Source: Acidobacteriota bacterium (GTDB taxonomy: Bacteria > Acidobacteriota > Thermoanaerobaculia > Multivoradales > UBA5704). From it: DNA of 64,000 nucleotides. Each line of letters starts with the position of its first letter. Within the stretch, counting starts at the first letter, position 1. The DNA is taken from NCBI GenBank assembly GCA_040005235.1, contig JBDTZG010000004.1, forward strand, positions 64,001 through 128,000, written 5' to 3'. The notes under the pieces are model-generated. The model had not been told where the DNA came from. It saw only the letters and a program-made list of their open reading frames with translations, and searched no databases. This document shows positions 10,936 through 20,150 of this stretch, piece by piece. Both the position numbers and the translations under genes were made by a program.

Positions 10936-13200
10936 ATGGAACCGAATCGACCGGAACGAACCCGTCGCGAGCGGCGCGCCCTCGATCGTCGGAAGACCCC
11001 GCGGGCGGCACGCCCGGCGTCGGGAGCCGCGATCGGGGCAGGGCTCGCGGGACTCGCGGCGCTCGCCGCAGGAGGCGCCACTCCGGCAGACGCCGCGACG
11101 TTCACCGTCACCACCCTCGCCGACTCGGGGGCCGGCAGTCTGCGCCAGGCGATCACGGACGCCAACGGCGCGGCCGGGGCGGACACGATCGATTTTCAGG
11201 CGGGGCTTTTGGGGACGATCCTCCTCACTACGGGACAGCTTGAGATCTCCGACTCGGTCACCATCCAAGGGCCGGGTGCCGCGTCGATCTCGGTTTCGGG
11301 CAACAGCGCGTCGCGCGTCTTCTACCTGTACAACCCCTCGTCGATGATCGATGTGACGATCTCCGGTCTGACGATCGACAGCGGAGCTGCGGGGTTTGGT
11401 GCCGGCCTCGTCGACTTCGACGAAAACCTGACGCTCGACGACGTGACGATCCGCAACAACAACGCAAGCTCCAGCGGCGGCGGTCTTGCGGTGACCGGGG
11501 GCGACATGGCCCTCAACATCCAGAACTCCCGGATCACCGGCAACATTGCAGGAAACAGCGGGGGCGGAATCTACGTCGCCACCGCCGCCTCGGTCGCGGT
11601 CAAAAACTCGACGATCGCCAACAACACGGCAAGCAACGTCGGCGGCGGCGTCTATTTCTACCTTCCCGTGGGCCCGGCCGCCTTTGACGGAACCACGATC
11701 TCGGGCAACACCGCGGCGGGTCCCGGGGGCGGAGTCGAGTTCTTCTTCAGCTATGGCAGCGCCTCGTTCACCGGTTCCACGGTGAGCGGCAACTCGGGTG
11801 CGGCCGGCGGCGGGGTGTTCTTCTACCTGCCCGTAGAACCGCTCACGGTCGAGAACTGTACGGTCTCGGGAAACCAGGCGACGGTGGCCGACGGGGGTGG
11901 CATCTACCTATATAACCTCTACACCGGCTCTTCCGAGCTGCGCCATACGACGATCGCCGGCAACTCGGCAGCCGGCAACGGCGGCGGGCTGATCCTGAGG
12001 AACGGCTCGGTCCCGATGAATCACATGATCCTGGGCGACAACACGGCGGCGGGCGACGCCGACCTCTCGGGCGGCACGTTCGATCTGTCGTACAGCCTGG
12101 TGGAGGCGCCGGGTAGCGCAACGATCAACGACATCGTCGGCAACGTCTTGAATCAGGACCCGCAGCTCGCGGCGCTGGCGAACAACGGCGGCACGACCGA
12201 AACCCAGCTGCCGGCGGCGGCCAGCCCGGCGGTCGACTCGGGCGACCCGGCCTTTGCGCCGCCGCCCGCCACCGATCAGCGCGGGCTGCCTCGGGTCTTC
12301 AACGGCCGGATCGACATGGGTGCGGTCGAGGTTGGCGCTCCGCTCGCCCCCGGCACGATCCAGCTCACGATGACCACCACCTCCGTGGCGGAAAATGCCG
12401 GGACGGTGACGATCACCGCCACCCGGACGGGAGGCACCGACGGCGCGGTTTCGGTGACCATCACCTCAGCCAACGGCTCGGCGATCGCCCCCGGAGACTA
12501 CGGCGCAATTCCCGGAGGGACGATGCTCAGCTGGGCCGACGGCGACGGAGCGTCGAAATCGATCAACGTCACGATCGTCAACGATACCGATCCGGAACCG
12601 GACGAGACTTTCAGCGTTTCGATCTCGGCTCCGACGGGCGGTGCAACTCTCGGTTCGGCAACGACCGAGCAGGTGACGATTCTCTCCGATCCCGCGGACG
12701 ACCTGTCGGTGATCGAAGTTCCGACGCTCGGAGACTTCGGCAAGGTCCTGTTTGCCGCCCTCACCGCGGCGGCTGGCTTCCTGCTCCTTCGGAGAAAGAA
12801 GGGACTTGCGGCGCCCGCACTGGTCGTTACGCTCGCCCTCGGTGCGCTCCCTGCGGAGGCGGCACGCATGGTGCCCCAGGAGGTCCGGGCTACGACCTTG
12901 GCGCAGCTCTCCACCCAAGGAAACACCGTGACGGTCCGCCTCGCCGACGGCACCGTCTACCATGTCACCAAGGACCACTTCGTGCTGCTCGAAGGGCGCA
13001 AAGGACGGCGCGGGCGCACCCCCGGAACGCTCTCGGCGAACCAGCCGATCGTGCTCAAGATGCGGCGCGCCGCCGACGGCACGGTACGCCGGATGAGAAT
13101 CGTCCTGGAAGACAGTGCCGCCGCGGCGCAGGCTGAAGCGACGAAGACCCGGGCAGTTTTCGGCCATGCGGCGCAAGGCAAAGCCGGTCAGCAGCAATAG
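10936..13200 (+). CDS. exported beta-helix repeat surface protein (choice-of-anchor Q-like + Calx-beta-like + internal IPTL-CTERM-like anchor + C-terminal basic domain)
   Basis: Signal peptide ending ADA|ATFTVT; DSGAGSLRQAI; N-x-A..GGG[IV]Y repeats; LANNGG.T.T...DQRG..R...DMGAVE; NDTDPEPDETF; VPTLGDFG-TM-RRKK. Confidence 0.8.
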   Translation: MEPNRPERTRRERRALDRRKTPRAARPASGAAIGAGLAGLAALAAGGATPADAATFTVTTLADSGAGSLRQAITDANGAAGADTIDFQAGLLGTILLTTGQLEISDSVTIQGPGAASISVSGNSASRVFYLYNPSSMIDVTISGLTIDSGAAGFGAGLVDFDENLTLDDVTIRNNNASSSGGGLAVTGGDMALNIQNSRITGNIAGNSGGGIYVATAASVAVKNSTIANNTASNVGGGVYFYLPVGPAAFDGTTISGNTAAGPGGGVEFFFSYGSASFTGSTVSGNSGAAGGGVFFYLPVEPLTVENCTVSGNQATVADGGGIYLYNLYTGSSELRHTTIAGNSAAGNGGGLILRNGSVPMNHMILGDNTAAGDADLSGGTFDLSYSLVEAPGSATINDIVGNVLNQDPQLAALANNGGTTETQLPAAASPAVDSGDPAFAPPPATDQRGLPRVFNGRIDMGAVEVGAPLAPGTIQLTMTTTSVAENAGTVTITATRTGGTDGAVSVTITSANGSAIAPGDYGAIPGGTMLSWADGDGASKSINVTIVNDTDPEPDETFSVSISAPTGGATLGSATTEQVTILSDPADDLSVIEVPTLGDFGKVLFAALTAAAGFLLLRRKKGLAAPALVVTLALGALPAEAARMVPQEVRATTLAQLSTQGNTVTVRLADGTVYHVTKDHFVLLEGRKGRRGRTPGTLSANQPIVLKMRRAADGTVRRMRIVLEDSAAAAQAEATKTRAVFGHAAQGKAGQQQ

Positions 13201-13224
13201 GGTTCCGCGGTTTTGAGATTTCCG

Positions 13225-13264
13225 TCCGCCCGGTGAGGTCTCCCCACCGGGCGGATTTGTTTTT
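13225..13264 (+). terminator. Rho-independent terminator
   Basis: TCCGCCCGGTG / CACCGGGCGGA stem followed by TTTGTTTTT, about 25 nt after the stop. Confidence 0.85.
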
Positions 13265-13358
13265 CCTGCCCTCTTGGTGATCGACGAGAAGGGACCCGAC
13301 ACCAGCGCCCGAATCCTCAAAAGGCTCTCAACCCTCAGGTCAGGATATCGTTCCCCCG

Positions 13359-14144
13359 ATGCGGAATATCTACTTCGACCTGACCGAGGAGTTGAATGCC
13401 GAGGGCACGATCGCGGTTCTGGCCTCCGGGCAGGCGGTTGTTTTCTACCGACTTGCCCTGATGAGCAAGGACGGTGATTGGATTCTTCGGGAGGCTCCGG
13501 AAGCGTGTCGGCGGGCTCTGACTGTGCTCGAAAAGCATGGGGCGCGGTATCGGCCCGGCGCTCCTTTGGATGTGCGGTGGCTTGCTGGTGGTTGGTCGAG
13601 CCACTTCGAGATGAGCGATCCTCAGGCGCGGCGGGTGCGCTGCGATTTCTTCTCGCGCCCTCCTCGGATTCGGCCTGACGAGGTAGCCGCTTTGTTCTCA
13701 CCCGAGGAGATGCCCGAGCCCTTTCGGGTGGTGGGTCTTGAGCCGCTGATTCGAATGAAACAGACCCAGCGAGCGAAGGATTATCCGGTCATCGGTGAGC
13801 TGGCGCGGCTGCTTCCACCCGATCTAGAGATTGAGCTGACGACCGACCCGGATCGGATCCTGGAATTGGTCCAAGCGGTTGGAAAGGACTCCGGGCGGTC
13901 ATCCGTTAGGGCTGCGCTTTCCGGAGTGCGAGAAGACGTCGTCGTTGCACTCGCGCGAGAGGCGGATCAAAATCAGCGGGAGGATCGTGCGCGGCTCGAC
14001 AAATATCGGGCGGCGGCAGTGGGCTACCTGCGAGAGATCCAGGCCGCGAGAATTGGGGATCTGGATCTTCCGTCCGCCCACGAGCGGATCTGCGAGATCG
14101 CGGAGCGCTGGTTGCCCTTCGATCCAGACGAAGCGAAAGGCTGA
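13359..14144 (+). CDS. putative nucleotidyltransferase-fold protein
   Basis: SGQA...SKDGDW resembles the G..DxD motif and KQTQRAKDY resembles the R-x-K-D motif of AbiEii-like NTases. Confidence 0.5.
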   Translation: MRNIYFDLTEELNAEGTIAVLASGQAVVFYRLALMSKDGDWILREAPEACRRALTVLEKHGARYRPGAPLDVRWLAGGWSSHFEMSDPQARRVRCDFFSRPPRIRPDEVAALFSPEEMPEPFRVVGLEPLIRMKQTQRAKDYPVIGELARLLPPDLEIELTTDPDRILELVQAVGKDSGRSSVRAALSGVREDVVVALAREADQNQREDRARLDKYRAAAVGYLREIQAARIGDLDLPSAHERICEIAERWLPFDPDEAKG

Positions 14145-14150
14145 TTAACT

Positions 14151-14339
14151 ATGGAGCTCCTCAGCGAGGACGACCTCAACCTCAAGGACATGACGCCTGA
14201 GGAGCTCGATCGCGCCTGGGACCTGTGGTTCGATCTCGCGCAGGCGACCAACGATTTCGACCCTCCCTGGACGCACGGCGTCTTCCTCAACTGCACGCTC
14301 GATCCGGTGCCGCCGCGAGGCGACGGGGACAACTCCTAG
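14151..14339 (+). CDS. small acidic hypothetical protein, coupled to the upstream gene
   Basis: 62 aa, host-like codon usage, starts 6 nt after the upstream stop. Confidence 0.6.
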   Translation: MELLSEDDLNLKDMTPEELDRAWDLWFDLAQATNDFDPPWTHGVFLNCTLDPVPPRGDGDNS

Positions 14340-14481
14340 TCGAGTCCCTTACGCCGCCTTCGGCAGCTCGCCAGCGTGGTACCGGGCCGGTTGCCGCCGA
14401 GGCGCCATGAACGGAGAGCATCAGGCCACAGGCGACGAGCAGGGCGGTGAGAAAAAAGGCTGACTCTTTCTTCAGTCGCAT
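14287..14481 (-). pseudogene. probable 5' fragment of a secreted-protein gene
   Basis: GGAGG RBS, then MRLKKESAFFLTALLVACGLMLSVHGASA signal peptide; the frame then runs into the opposite gene and stops. Confidence 0.35.
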
Positions 14482-14629
14482 ACGTCCTCCTGGGTTGAGA
14501 TCGTGCGAGATCATCTCGCGCAACCGGTTAGCACGGAGACGTTTAAGCGAGTCTTTCTTGTCGTTTCATGATGGAACTTAGTCCTGCCGTGGCAGGGGCA
14601 TCTGCCGGGCCTAGGGATTGGCGTTATTC

Positions 14630-14799
14630 AAAGTTAGGCCCCAAGTCTTAATAGCGAGACGCGCTATTCAACTTAGTTGAATGGGGTTCTGGGCCTTCAA
14701 TCTGAGTGCCAATCCTAAGATTGGTGCCAATGCTTGCCACTAGGCGAGGTCGTTGTTTAAAGTTGGCGCCCAAGTCTTAATAGCGCGGCTCGCTATTCA
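14630..14799. repeat. two ~41-bp direct repeats with internal palindromes upstream of the Fic gene
   Basis: AAAGTT..CCCAAGTCTTAATAGCG-N5-CGCTATTCA at 14630-14670 and 14759-14799. Confidence 0.75.
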
Positions 14800-14823
14800 G
14801 CTCGGCTTAACGAGGTTCGGTCC

Positions 14824-15987
14824 ATGAAACGGGGTCCCACCGGCAGCTACGAGGCTCTTGCGGTCGGCGGCGAAACGGTTCGGGCGTTCTTGCCCCGACC
14901 GCTGCCGCCCGAACCGCCGCTGGTCCTTCAAGGAGAGTTGCAACCCCTCCTCGAGCGGGGACTACTCGCGGTCGGGCGTCTGGACAGTCTCTCTACCCTC
15001 CTTCCCGACCCCAGCCTCTTCCTCTACGCCTACGTGCGAAAGGAGGCTGTGCTGTCGTCCCAGATCGAGGGCACGCAGTCGTCCCTTTCCGACTTGATGC
15101 TCTTTGAGCTGGACCAGGCTCCGGGCGTCCCGTTCGATGACGTCGCGGAGGTCTCCAGCTACGTACGGGCTTTGGAGCACGGACTCGCCCGGTTGCGGGG
15201 CGGATTCCCGTTGAGCTCCCGCCTGATCCGCGAGATTCATGCCGAGCTTCTCGCCTCCGGTCGAGGGGCCGACAAAGCCCCCGGGGAATTTCGTCGATCT
15301 CAAAACTGGATTGGCGGTACGCGACCGGGCAACGCGCTGTTCGTGCCGCCGCCCCACCTAGCGGTGCCGGATGCGGTATCCCACCTCGAACGGTTCCTCC
15401 ACGACGACAGCGATGGCCAGGCGGTACTGGTCAAGGCGGCGCTCGCGCACGTCCAGTTCGAGACGATCCACCCGTTTCTCGACGGCAACGGCAGGATCGG
15501 CCGCCTGCTCATCACCCTGATCCTCTGCCATGCCGGGGTATTGCAGGAGCCGCTCCTCTACCTGAGCCTCTACCTCAAAAAGCATCGCTCCGAGTATTAC
15601 CGCTTGCTCGACGAGGTGCGGCATGAAGGGGACTGGGAGGCTTGGCTGGCGTTCTTTCTCCGGGGAGTCGCCGAGACCGGAGACGGTGCGGTCGCGACGG
15701 TTCGTCGGCTGACCGCGACATTCGAAGAGGATCGGGCGCGCATTCAAGCCCACGGTCGCCGATCGGGCTCTGCCCTACGAGTTCACGCCGCCCTTCAGGC
15801 TCGCCCGGTCATCACCCTCCAGGATGCAAGCCAGCGTGCGAATCTCTCTTTCCCCGCCACCGCTGCGGGAATGGCACTGCTCGTCGAGCTAGGCGTTGCG
15901 AGCGAGCTCACCGGACGGAGACGTAACCGGGTGTTCGCCTACGATCGCTACCTGGCAGTTCTGAATGAGGGGACTGAGGTGGAGTGA
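14824..15987 (+). CDS. Fic-domain protein (AMPylase family) with N-terminal inhibitory motif and C-terminal HTH-like region
   Basis: HPFLDGNGRIGR Fic motif; SSQIEG (S/T)xxxE(G/N) inhibitory helix. Confidence 0.92.
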   Translation: MKRGPTGSYEALAVGGETVRAFLPRPLPPEPPLVLQGELQPLLERGLLAVGRLDSLSTLLPDPSLFLYAYVRKEAVLSSQIEGTQSSLSDLMLFELDQAPGVPFDDVAEVSSYVRALEHGLARLRGGFPLSSRLIREIHAELLASGRGADKAPGEFRRSQNWIGGTRPGNALFVPPPHLAVPDAVSHLERFLHDDSDGQAVLVKAALAHVQFETIHPFLDGNGRIGRLLITLILCHAGVLQEPLLYLSLYLKKHRSEYYRLLDEVRHEGDWEAWLAFFLRGVAETGDGAVATVRRLTATFEEDRARIQAHGRRSGSALRVHAALQARPVITLQDASQRANLSFPATAAGMALLVELGVASELTGRRRNRVFAYDRYLAVLNEGTEVE

Positions 15988-16015
15988 AGGCAAAGAGGGC
16001 GCGATCTCAAGCGCA

Positions 16016-16627
16016 TCAACCGTCTCTCCTCACCACCCAGGTCGTCATGCACCGCCGATCCTGAACCACGGTCGTCTTGATCGGATCGAGAAGCTCGCCG
16101 CCCAGCTCTTCGGTGAGGTCGAGCAGGAATGCCTGATCGACCAGGAACAGTTCCGATCCTTCGGGGAGGAGGAAGCGCCTTCCGCCGAGCGGGGTGAAAC
16201 GCGATTCCAGTCCGATGGTCGAAGCGAGGCGGCAGAAGAACAGGCCGCCGGGGGCGAGGTGACGCCAGGAGCCCTTGAGGATCGCCCGGAAGTGCGCCTC
16301 GTCGCGGGAGAAGTGAAGAACCGCGCTGCTGATCACCACCTCGGCGCATCGATCGGGAAACGTGCTTCGCTCGATCGATTCGGCCCGGAAGTTTTCGATA
16401 GGCAGATGGGGGGCAAGCTCGGCCGAGAGAGCGCGAGCTCCTTCGATCGCTTCCCGATTCATATCGACCCCTAAGACCTCGAATCCGGCGCGCAGGAAAT
16501 AGACGAGATTCCGCCCCCCGCCGCAGCCGGCGTCGAAAATCCGCTGGCCGGGCACGATCCGGCCGCGCAGCACTTGATCCAGCAGGTAGATGTCGATCGG
16601 GCCGAGGAGGGAGGGGAGGTCGATCAT
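16016..16627 (-). CDS. class I SAM-dependent methyltransferase
   Basis: IFDAGCGGGRN motif I; SSAVLHF; LAPGG. Confidence 0.85.
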   Translation of the reverse strand: MIDLPSLLGPIDIYLLDQVLRGRIVPGQRIFDAGCGGGRNLVYFLRAGFEVLGVDMNREAIEGARALSAELAPHLPIENFRAESIERSTFPDRCAEVVISSAVLHFSRDEAHFRAILKGSWRHLAPGGLFFCRLASTIGLESRFTPLGGRRFLLPEGSELFLVDQAFLLDLTEELGGELLDPIKTTVVQDRRCMTTWVVRRDG

Positions 16628-16674
16628 CCGCGCATTGTAGCGGCGGCGGCCTAGGCGGCACTCCACGCCTTCGC

Positions 16675-17433
16675 TTAGCGAAAGAACCCGTTGACGTCGA
16701 GAACCAGATCTACCTGACCGCCACCGTCCAGCAATGCTTGGGCGCCTAGAGTTCCGGATTGATCGGTGGCGAGAAAGGCGATCGCGTTATTGGTGCGGTT
16801 CATCCCGTTGGAGAAATTGAGGGTGCTGATGAGTTGCGGGATGTCGTTGCTGGGGAAGAGCATGATCCAGCCGTTGGAGGAGGGTGAAATCGCCGTTAGG
16901 TTGAGCGAAACCGCGACGGCGTCCGGAGGAATGGAGCAAAGCCCCGTGATCTGAACATTTCGCGGGACTCCGGAGATCAGGGCCTGAGCGCCGGACCTCG
17001 TATCGAAGACGCGGCAGGGAGTGACGCTGTAAAAGTCGAGGCTGCCCGTCGGGCCGAGCGGAGAAAACATGGCCGTCACGGATCTCCCAGTGTCCATGAT
17101 CAGAACGCAAGATCCCGTTCCCGAGCATCCACTTCCGCTCCATCCGTCGAACATCGAGCCGGAGTATGACCTGGCGGTCAGAGTGACCCGAGTTCCGAAC
17201 GTATAGCAATGGAGTCCGGAAAAAGGGCAGGTGAACCCCCCAGGATCGGCTTCGATGTAACCGTTCCCCTTTCCAGTCGTGGACGTAAACAGGACGACTT
17301 CATTGAGGTTGGGTTGGGGAGCGGCGGGCTTAGCTGTGTCCCTGGCGGTGGCGCATTGGCCAGACTGCGAGGCGCTTAGAGAAAAGATAGCGGCCATCAA
17401 AAGCGCAGAAGCCGCGCAAGGCGTTCGTCCCAT
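16675..17433 (-). CDS. exported protein with InlB-B-repeat-like domain and C-terminal PCRxxDTR domain
   Basis: Signal peptide; GTRVTLTA...FDGWSG..C.G...C...VTAMF; FYSVTPCRVFDTR...VLDVNGFFR. Confidence 0.7.
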   Translation of the reverse strand: MGRTPCAASALLMAAIFSLSASQSGQCATARDTAKPAAPQPNLNEVVLFTSTTGKGNGYIEADPGGFTCPFSGLHCYTFGTRVTLTARSYSGSMFDGWSGSGCSGTGSCVLIMDTGRSVTAMFSPLGPTGSLDFYSVTPCRVFDTRSGAQALISGVPRNVQITGLCSIPPDAVAVSLNLTAISPSSNGWIMLFPSNDIPQLISTLNFSNGMNRTNNAIAFLATDQSGTLGAQALLDGGGQVDLVLDVNGFFR

Positions 17434-17570
17434 GGGGCCACCTCCGAGGTCAGAATACTCCCAGGAAGTCGCAGTTTCAATAGAGTTCAGGCGCGCAGCG
17501 GCTTTGGTTCCGGGCTGGTGATCGGCCAGCCCCGCGCGATCCTCGCCCCCTCTGCTAAACTCATCGCCAA

Positions 17571-20051
17571 ATGCGAATAACTTCCGGCCCGGCTCTCGCC
17601 CTGGTTCTCGCTGTCGGTCTCTCCGCGTCCGCCCCGGCGGCGCCGCTCACCGTCTATGACGACGCTCTACGCAACGGCTTCGCCGATTGGGGTTGGGGCG
17701 TGCGGAACTTCGCCTCGCCGTCCCCCGTGCATGGCGGGACGGCGGCGATTTCGTTCGAGCCGGATGGGTGGACGGGGTTGTTCTTCCATCGGGATCTGGG
17801 GCTGGAGTTGGCGAATTACGAGGCGGTCGAGTTTTGGATCCGGGGCGGTGGTACCGGCGGACAGTTGATGACGTTCGCGGTGACCACCGGAGGCTCGCCT
17901 CTCGGCCAGGCGCATGCGCTGGGTGAGTTCCTCCCCGGCGGGATGTTGACCCCCTCTTGGACGTTCGTGCGGGTGCCGTTCGCTTCGCTCGGGGTCACCT
18001 CGGGGAGTCCCGACGGTTTCTGGTTCCAGGATGCGACGGGCGGAAATCAAGCTCCGATCTACGTCGACGATGTCCGGCTGGCCGAGCGGACCACTCCGCC
18101 GCCGCCGCCCGCGGCGATTTCGGTTTCGATCAACGTAGACGCGGACCGCCATCCGGTCTCGCCGCAGATCTTCGGCGTCTCGTTCGGCGACGATGCCCAG
18201 GCCGGCCGGCGGCATTGGCCGATCCGCCGCTGGGGCGGCAACGCGACCACCCGCTATTCGTGGCAGGACGACACGGCGAACCGCGCGTTCGACTATCTGT
18301 TCATGAACATTCCGGAGCCCAACGCGAACCCGGGCGCTCTTCCCAACGGCTCGGCCGCCGATCATTTTCTCGACGTGACCCGCGCGGCCGGGGGCGAGGC
18401 GATCTTGACTGTGCCGACGATCGGCTGGACGCCCAAGGACCGCGCGGTGCGCTGGGGATTTTCGGTCGCGAAATACGGCGCGCAGCAGCAGAACGAATGC
18501 ACGATCAACCCGTTCCAGGGCTGTAACGCCGATGCGGGCAACGGGGTCAAGCCGAATGGCACGAACGTCACCGGCAACGATCCGCACGACACCTCCCGCG
18601 AGGTCGGCCCTTCGTTCGTCACGGCGTGGATGGCGCACCTCGCCTCCCGCTACGGCACGGCGGCGCAAGGGGGAATTCGCCTGTTCGCGCTCGACAACGA
18701 GCCGGCGCTGTGGAATTCGAGCCACCGCGACGTCCACCCGAACCCGTTGACCTACGACGAGCTGTGGCAGAAGTCGCGCGACACGGCCGCCGCGATCAAG
18801 GCGCAGGATCCGAACGCCCAAGTGCTCGGCCCGGTCTCTTGGGGGTGGTGTGAGTTTTTCTATTCCGCCGCCGACGGCTGCTCGCCCGGGGCGGACATGC
18901 AGGCGCACGGCGGCCTGGCGCTCACCGACTGGTATTTGAAACAGGTGGCCGACTACCGCACCGCGACCGGCGTCCGCCTGGTCGATCAGCTCGACGTTCA
19001 CTACTACCCGCAAGGGGCGAACGTCGCCCTGTCGAACGACGAGTCGGCCGGGACTTCGGCGCTACGCCTACGCTCGCTACGCGGGCTTTACGATCCGGCT
19101 TACATCGACGAGAGCTGGATCGGCCAGCCGGTCAACCTGATTCCGCGGATGAAGGCTTGGATTGCGGGAAGGTTGCCGGGCACCAAACTGGCGCTCACCG
19201 AATGGAATTGGGGCAACGACGACGGGGTCTCAAGCGCCCTGGCCCACGCCGAGGCGCTGGCTATTTTCGGCCGCGAAGGGGTGGATCTAGCCGCCCGCTG
19301 GGTGGCCCCGGCGGAAGGGTCGCGGGTGGAGGATGCCTTCAAGCTCTACCTCGACTACGACGGCGCGGGATCGAAGGTGACGGGCGACAGCGTGCGGGCG
19401 ACGTCGTCGGAGATCGACGGAGTCGGCTCGTATGCCATCCGTTCGGCCGACGGCAAGCTGTTCCTCCTCCTGTTCAACAAGGACACGGTCCAAAGGCACG
19501 TGGATTCGGCGCTCGTCGCCGGCAGCTATATCGGCTCAGCGACGCTCTACCGGTTCGACGGCACGCGGCGTCTGGGGCTTCTGGGTACGGCGACCCCGAG
19601 CGGCGGCGCGCTCTCGCTCGATCTGCCCGCCCGGTCCGCCACGCTCGCGGTCCTGCGCCTCGCGGGCGGAGCGCCTGCGCCGGGCTTCTTCACCGTCTCG
19701 CCCTGCCGGGTGATCGACACCCGAAACCCGACCGGCGCCTACGGTGGCCCGGCGCTCGGGCCGGGCGATCGGGCGTTCGTGATCGCCGGCCGGTGCGGCG
19801 TTCCGGCGGGGGCGAAAGCCGTGGCGCTCAACCTCTCGGTGACCCTCCCCTCCGGCGCGGGCGGGTTGCGCCTTCTGCCGACCGGGATTCCCGTTCCGGG
19901 CACCACGGCGATCAACTTCTCCGCCGGCCAGACGCGCACCAACAATGCGATCCTGGGGCTCGACGCGAACGGTAGCCTGACGGTCCACACCGATCTTTCA
20001 GCGGGCGCAACGGTGCAGATGATTCTGGACGTGAACGGATACCTCCAGTAG
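17571..20051 (+). CDS. glycoside hydrolase family 44 (endoglucanase/xyloglucanase) with N-terminal CBM-like domain and C-terminal PCRxxDTR domain
   Basis: RWGGNATTRY, LDNEPALW..HRDVHP, DVHYYPQ and LALTEWNWG GH44 motifs; signal peptide. Confidence 0.88.
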   Translation: MRITSGPALALVLAVGLSASAPAAPLTVYDDALRNGFADWGWGVRNFASPSPVHGGTAAISFEPDGWTGLFFHRDLGLELANYEAVEFWIRGGGTGGQLMTFAVTTGGSPLGQAHALGEFLPGGMLTPSWTFVRVPFASLGVTSGSPDGFWFQDATGGNQAPIYVDDVRLAERTTPPPPPAAISVSINVDADRHPVSPQIFGVSFGDDAQAGRRHWPIRRWGGNATTRYSWQDDTANRAFDYLFMNIPEPNANPGALPNGSAADHFLDVTRAAGGEAILTVPTIGWTPKDRAVRWGFSVAKYGAQQQNECTINPFQGCNADAGNGVKPNGTNVTGNDPHDTSREVGPSFVTAWMAHLASRYGTAAQGGIRLFALDNEPALWNSSHRDVHPNPLTYDELWQKSRDTAAAIKAQDPNAQVLGPVSWGWCEFFYSAADGCSPGADMQAHGGLALTDWYLKQVADYRTATGVRLVDQLDVHYYPQGANVALSNDESAGTSALRLRSLRGLYDPAYIDESWIGQPVNLIPRMKAWIAGRLPGTKLALTEWNWGNDDGVSSALAHAEALAIFGREGVDLAARWVAPAEGSRVEDAFKLYLDYDGAGSKVTGDSVRATSSEIDGVGSYAIRSADGKLFLLLFNKDTVQRHVDSALVAGSYIGSATLYRFDGTRRLGLLGTATPSGGALSLDLPARSATLAVLRLAGGAPAPGFFTVSPCRVIDTRNPTGAYGGPALGPGDRAFVIAGRCGVPAGAKAVALNLSVTLPSGAGGLRLLPTGIPVPGTTAINFSAGQTRTNNAILGLDANGSLTVHTDLSAGATVQMILDVNGYLQ

Positions 20052-20150
20052 GGCTGGGTTTCTCCGTCCCGCGTCGTCGCTTTGATCCGCCCACGGCGGC
20101 CGTTTCGGCCGTAGAATCGGGGCCTTCCCCCTGATTCGAACGAGCCGCCG

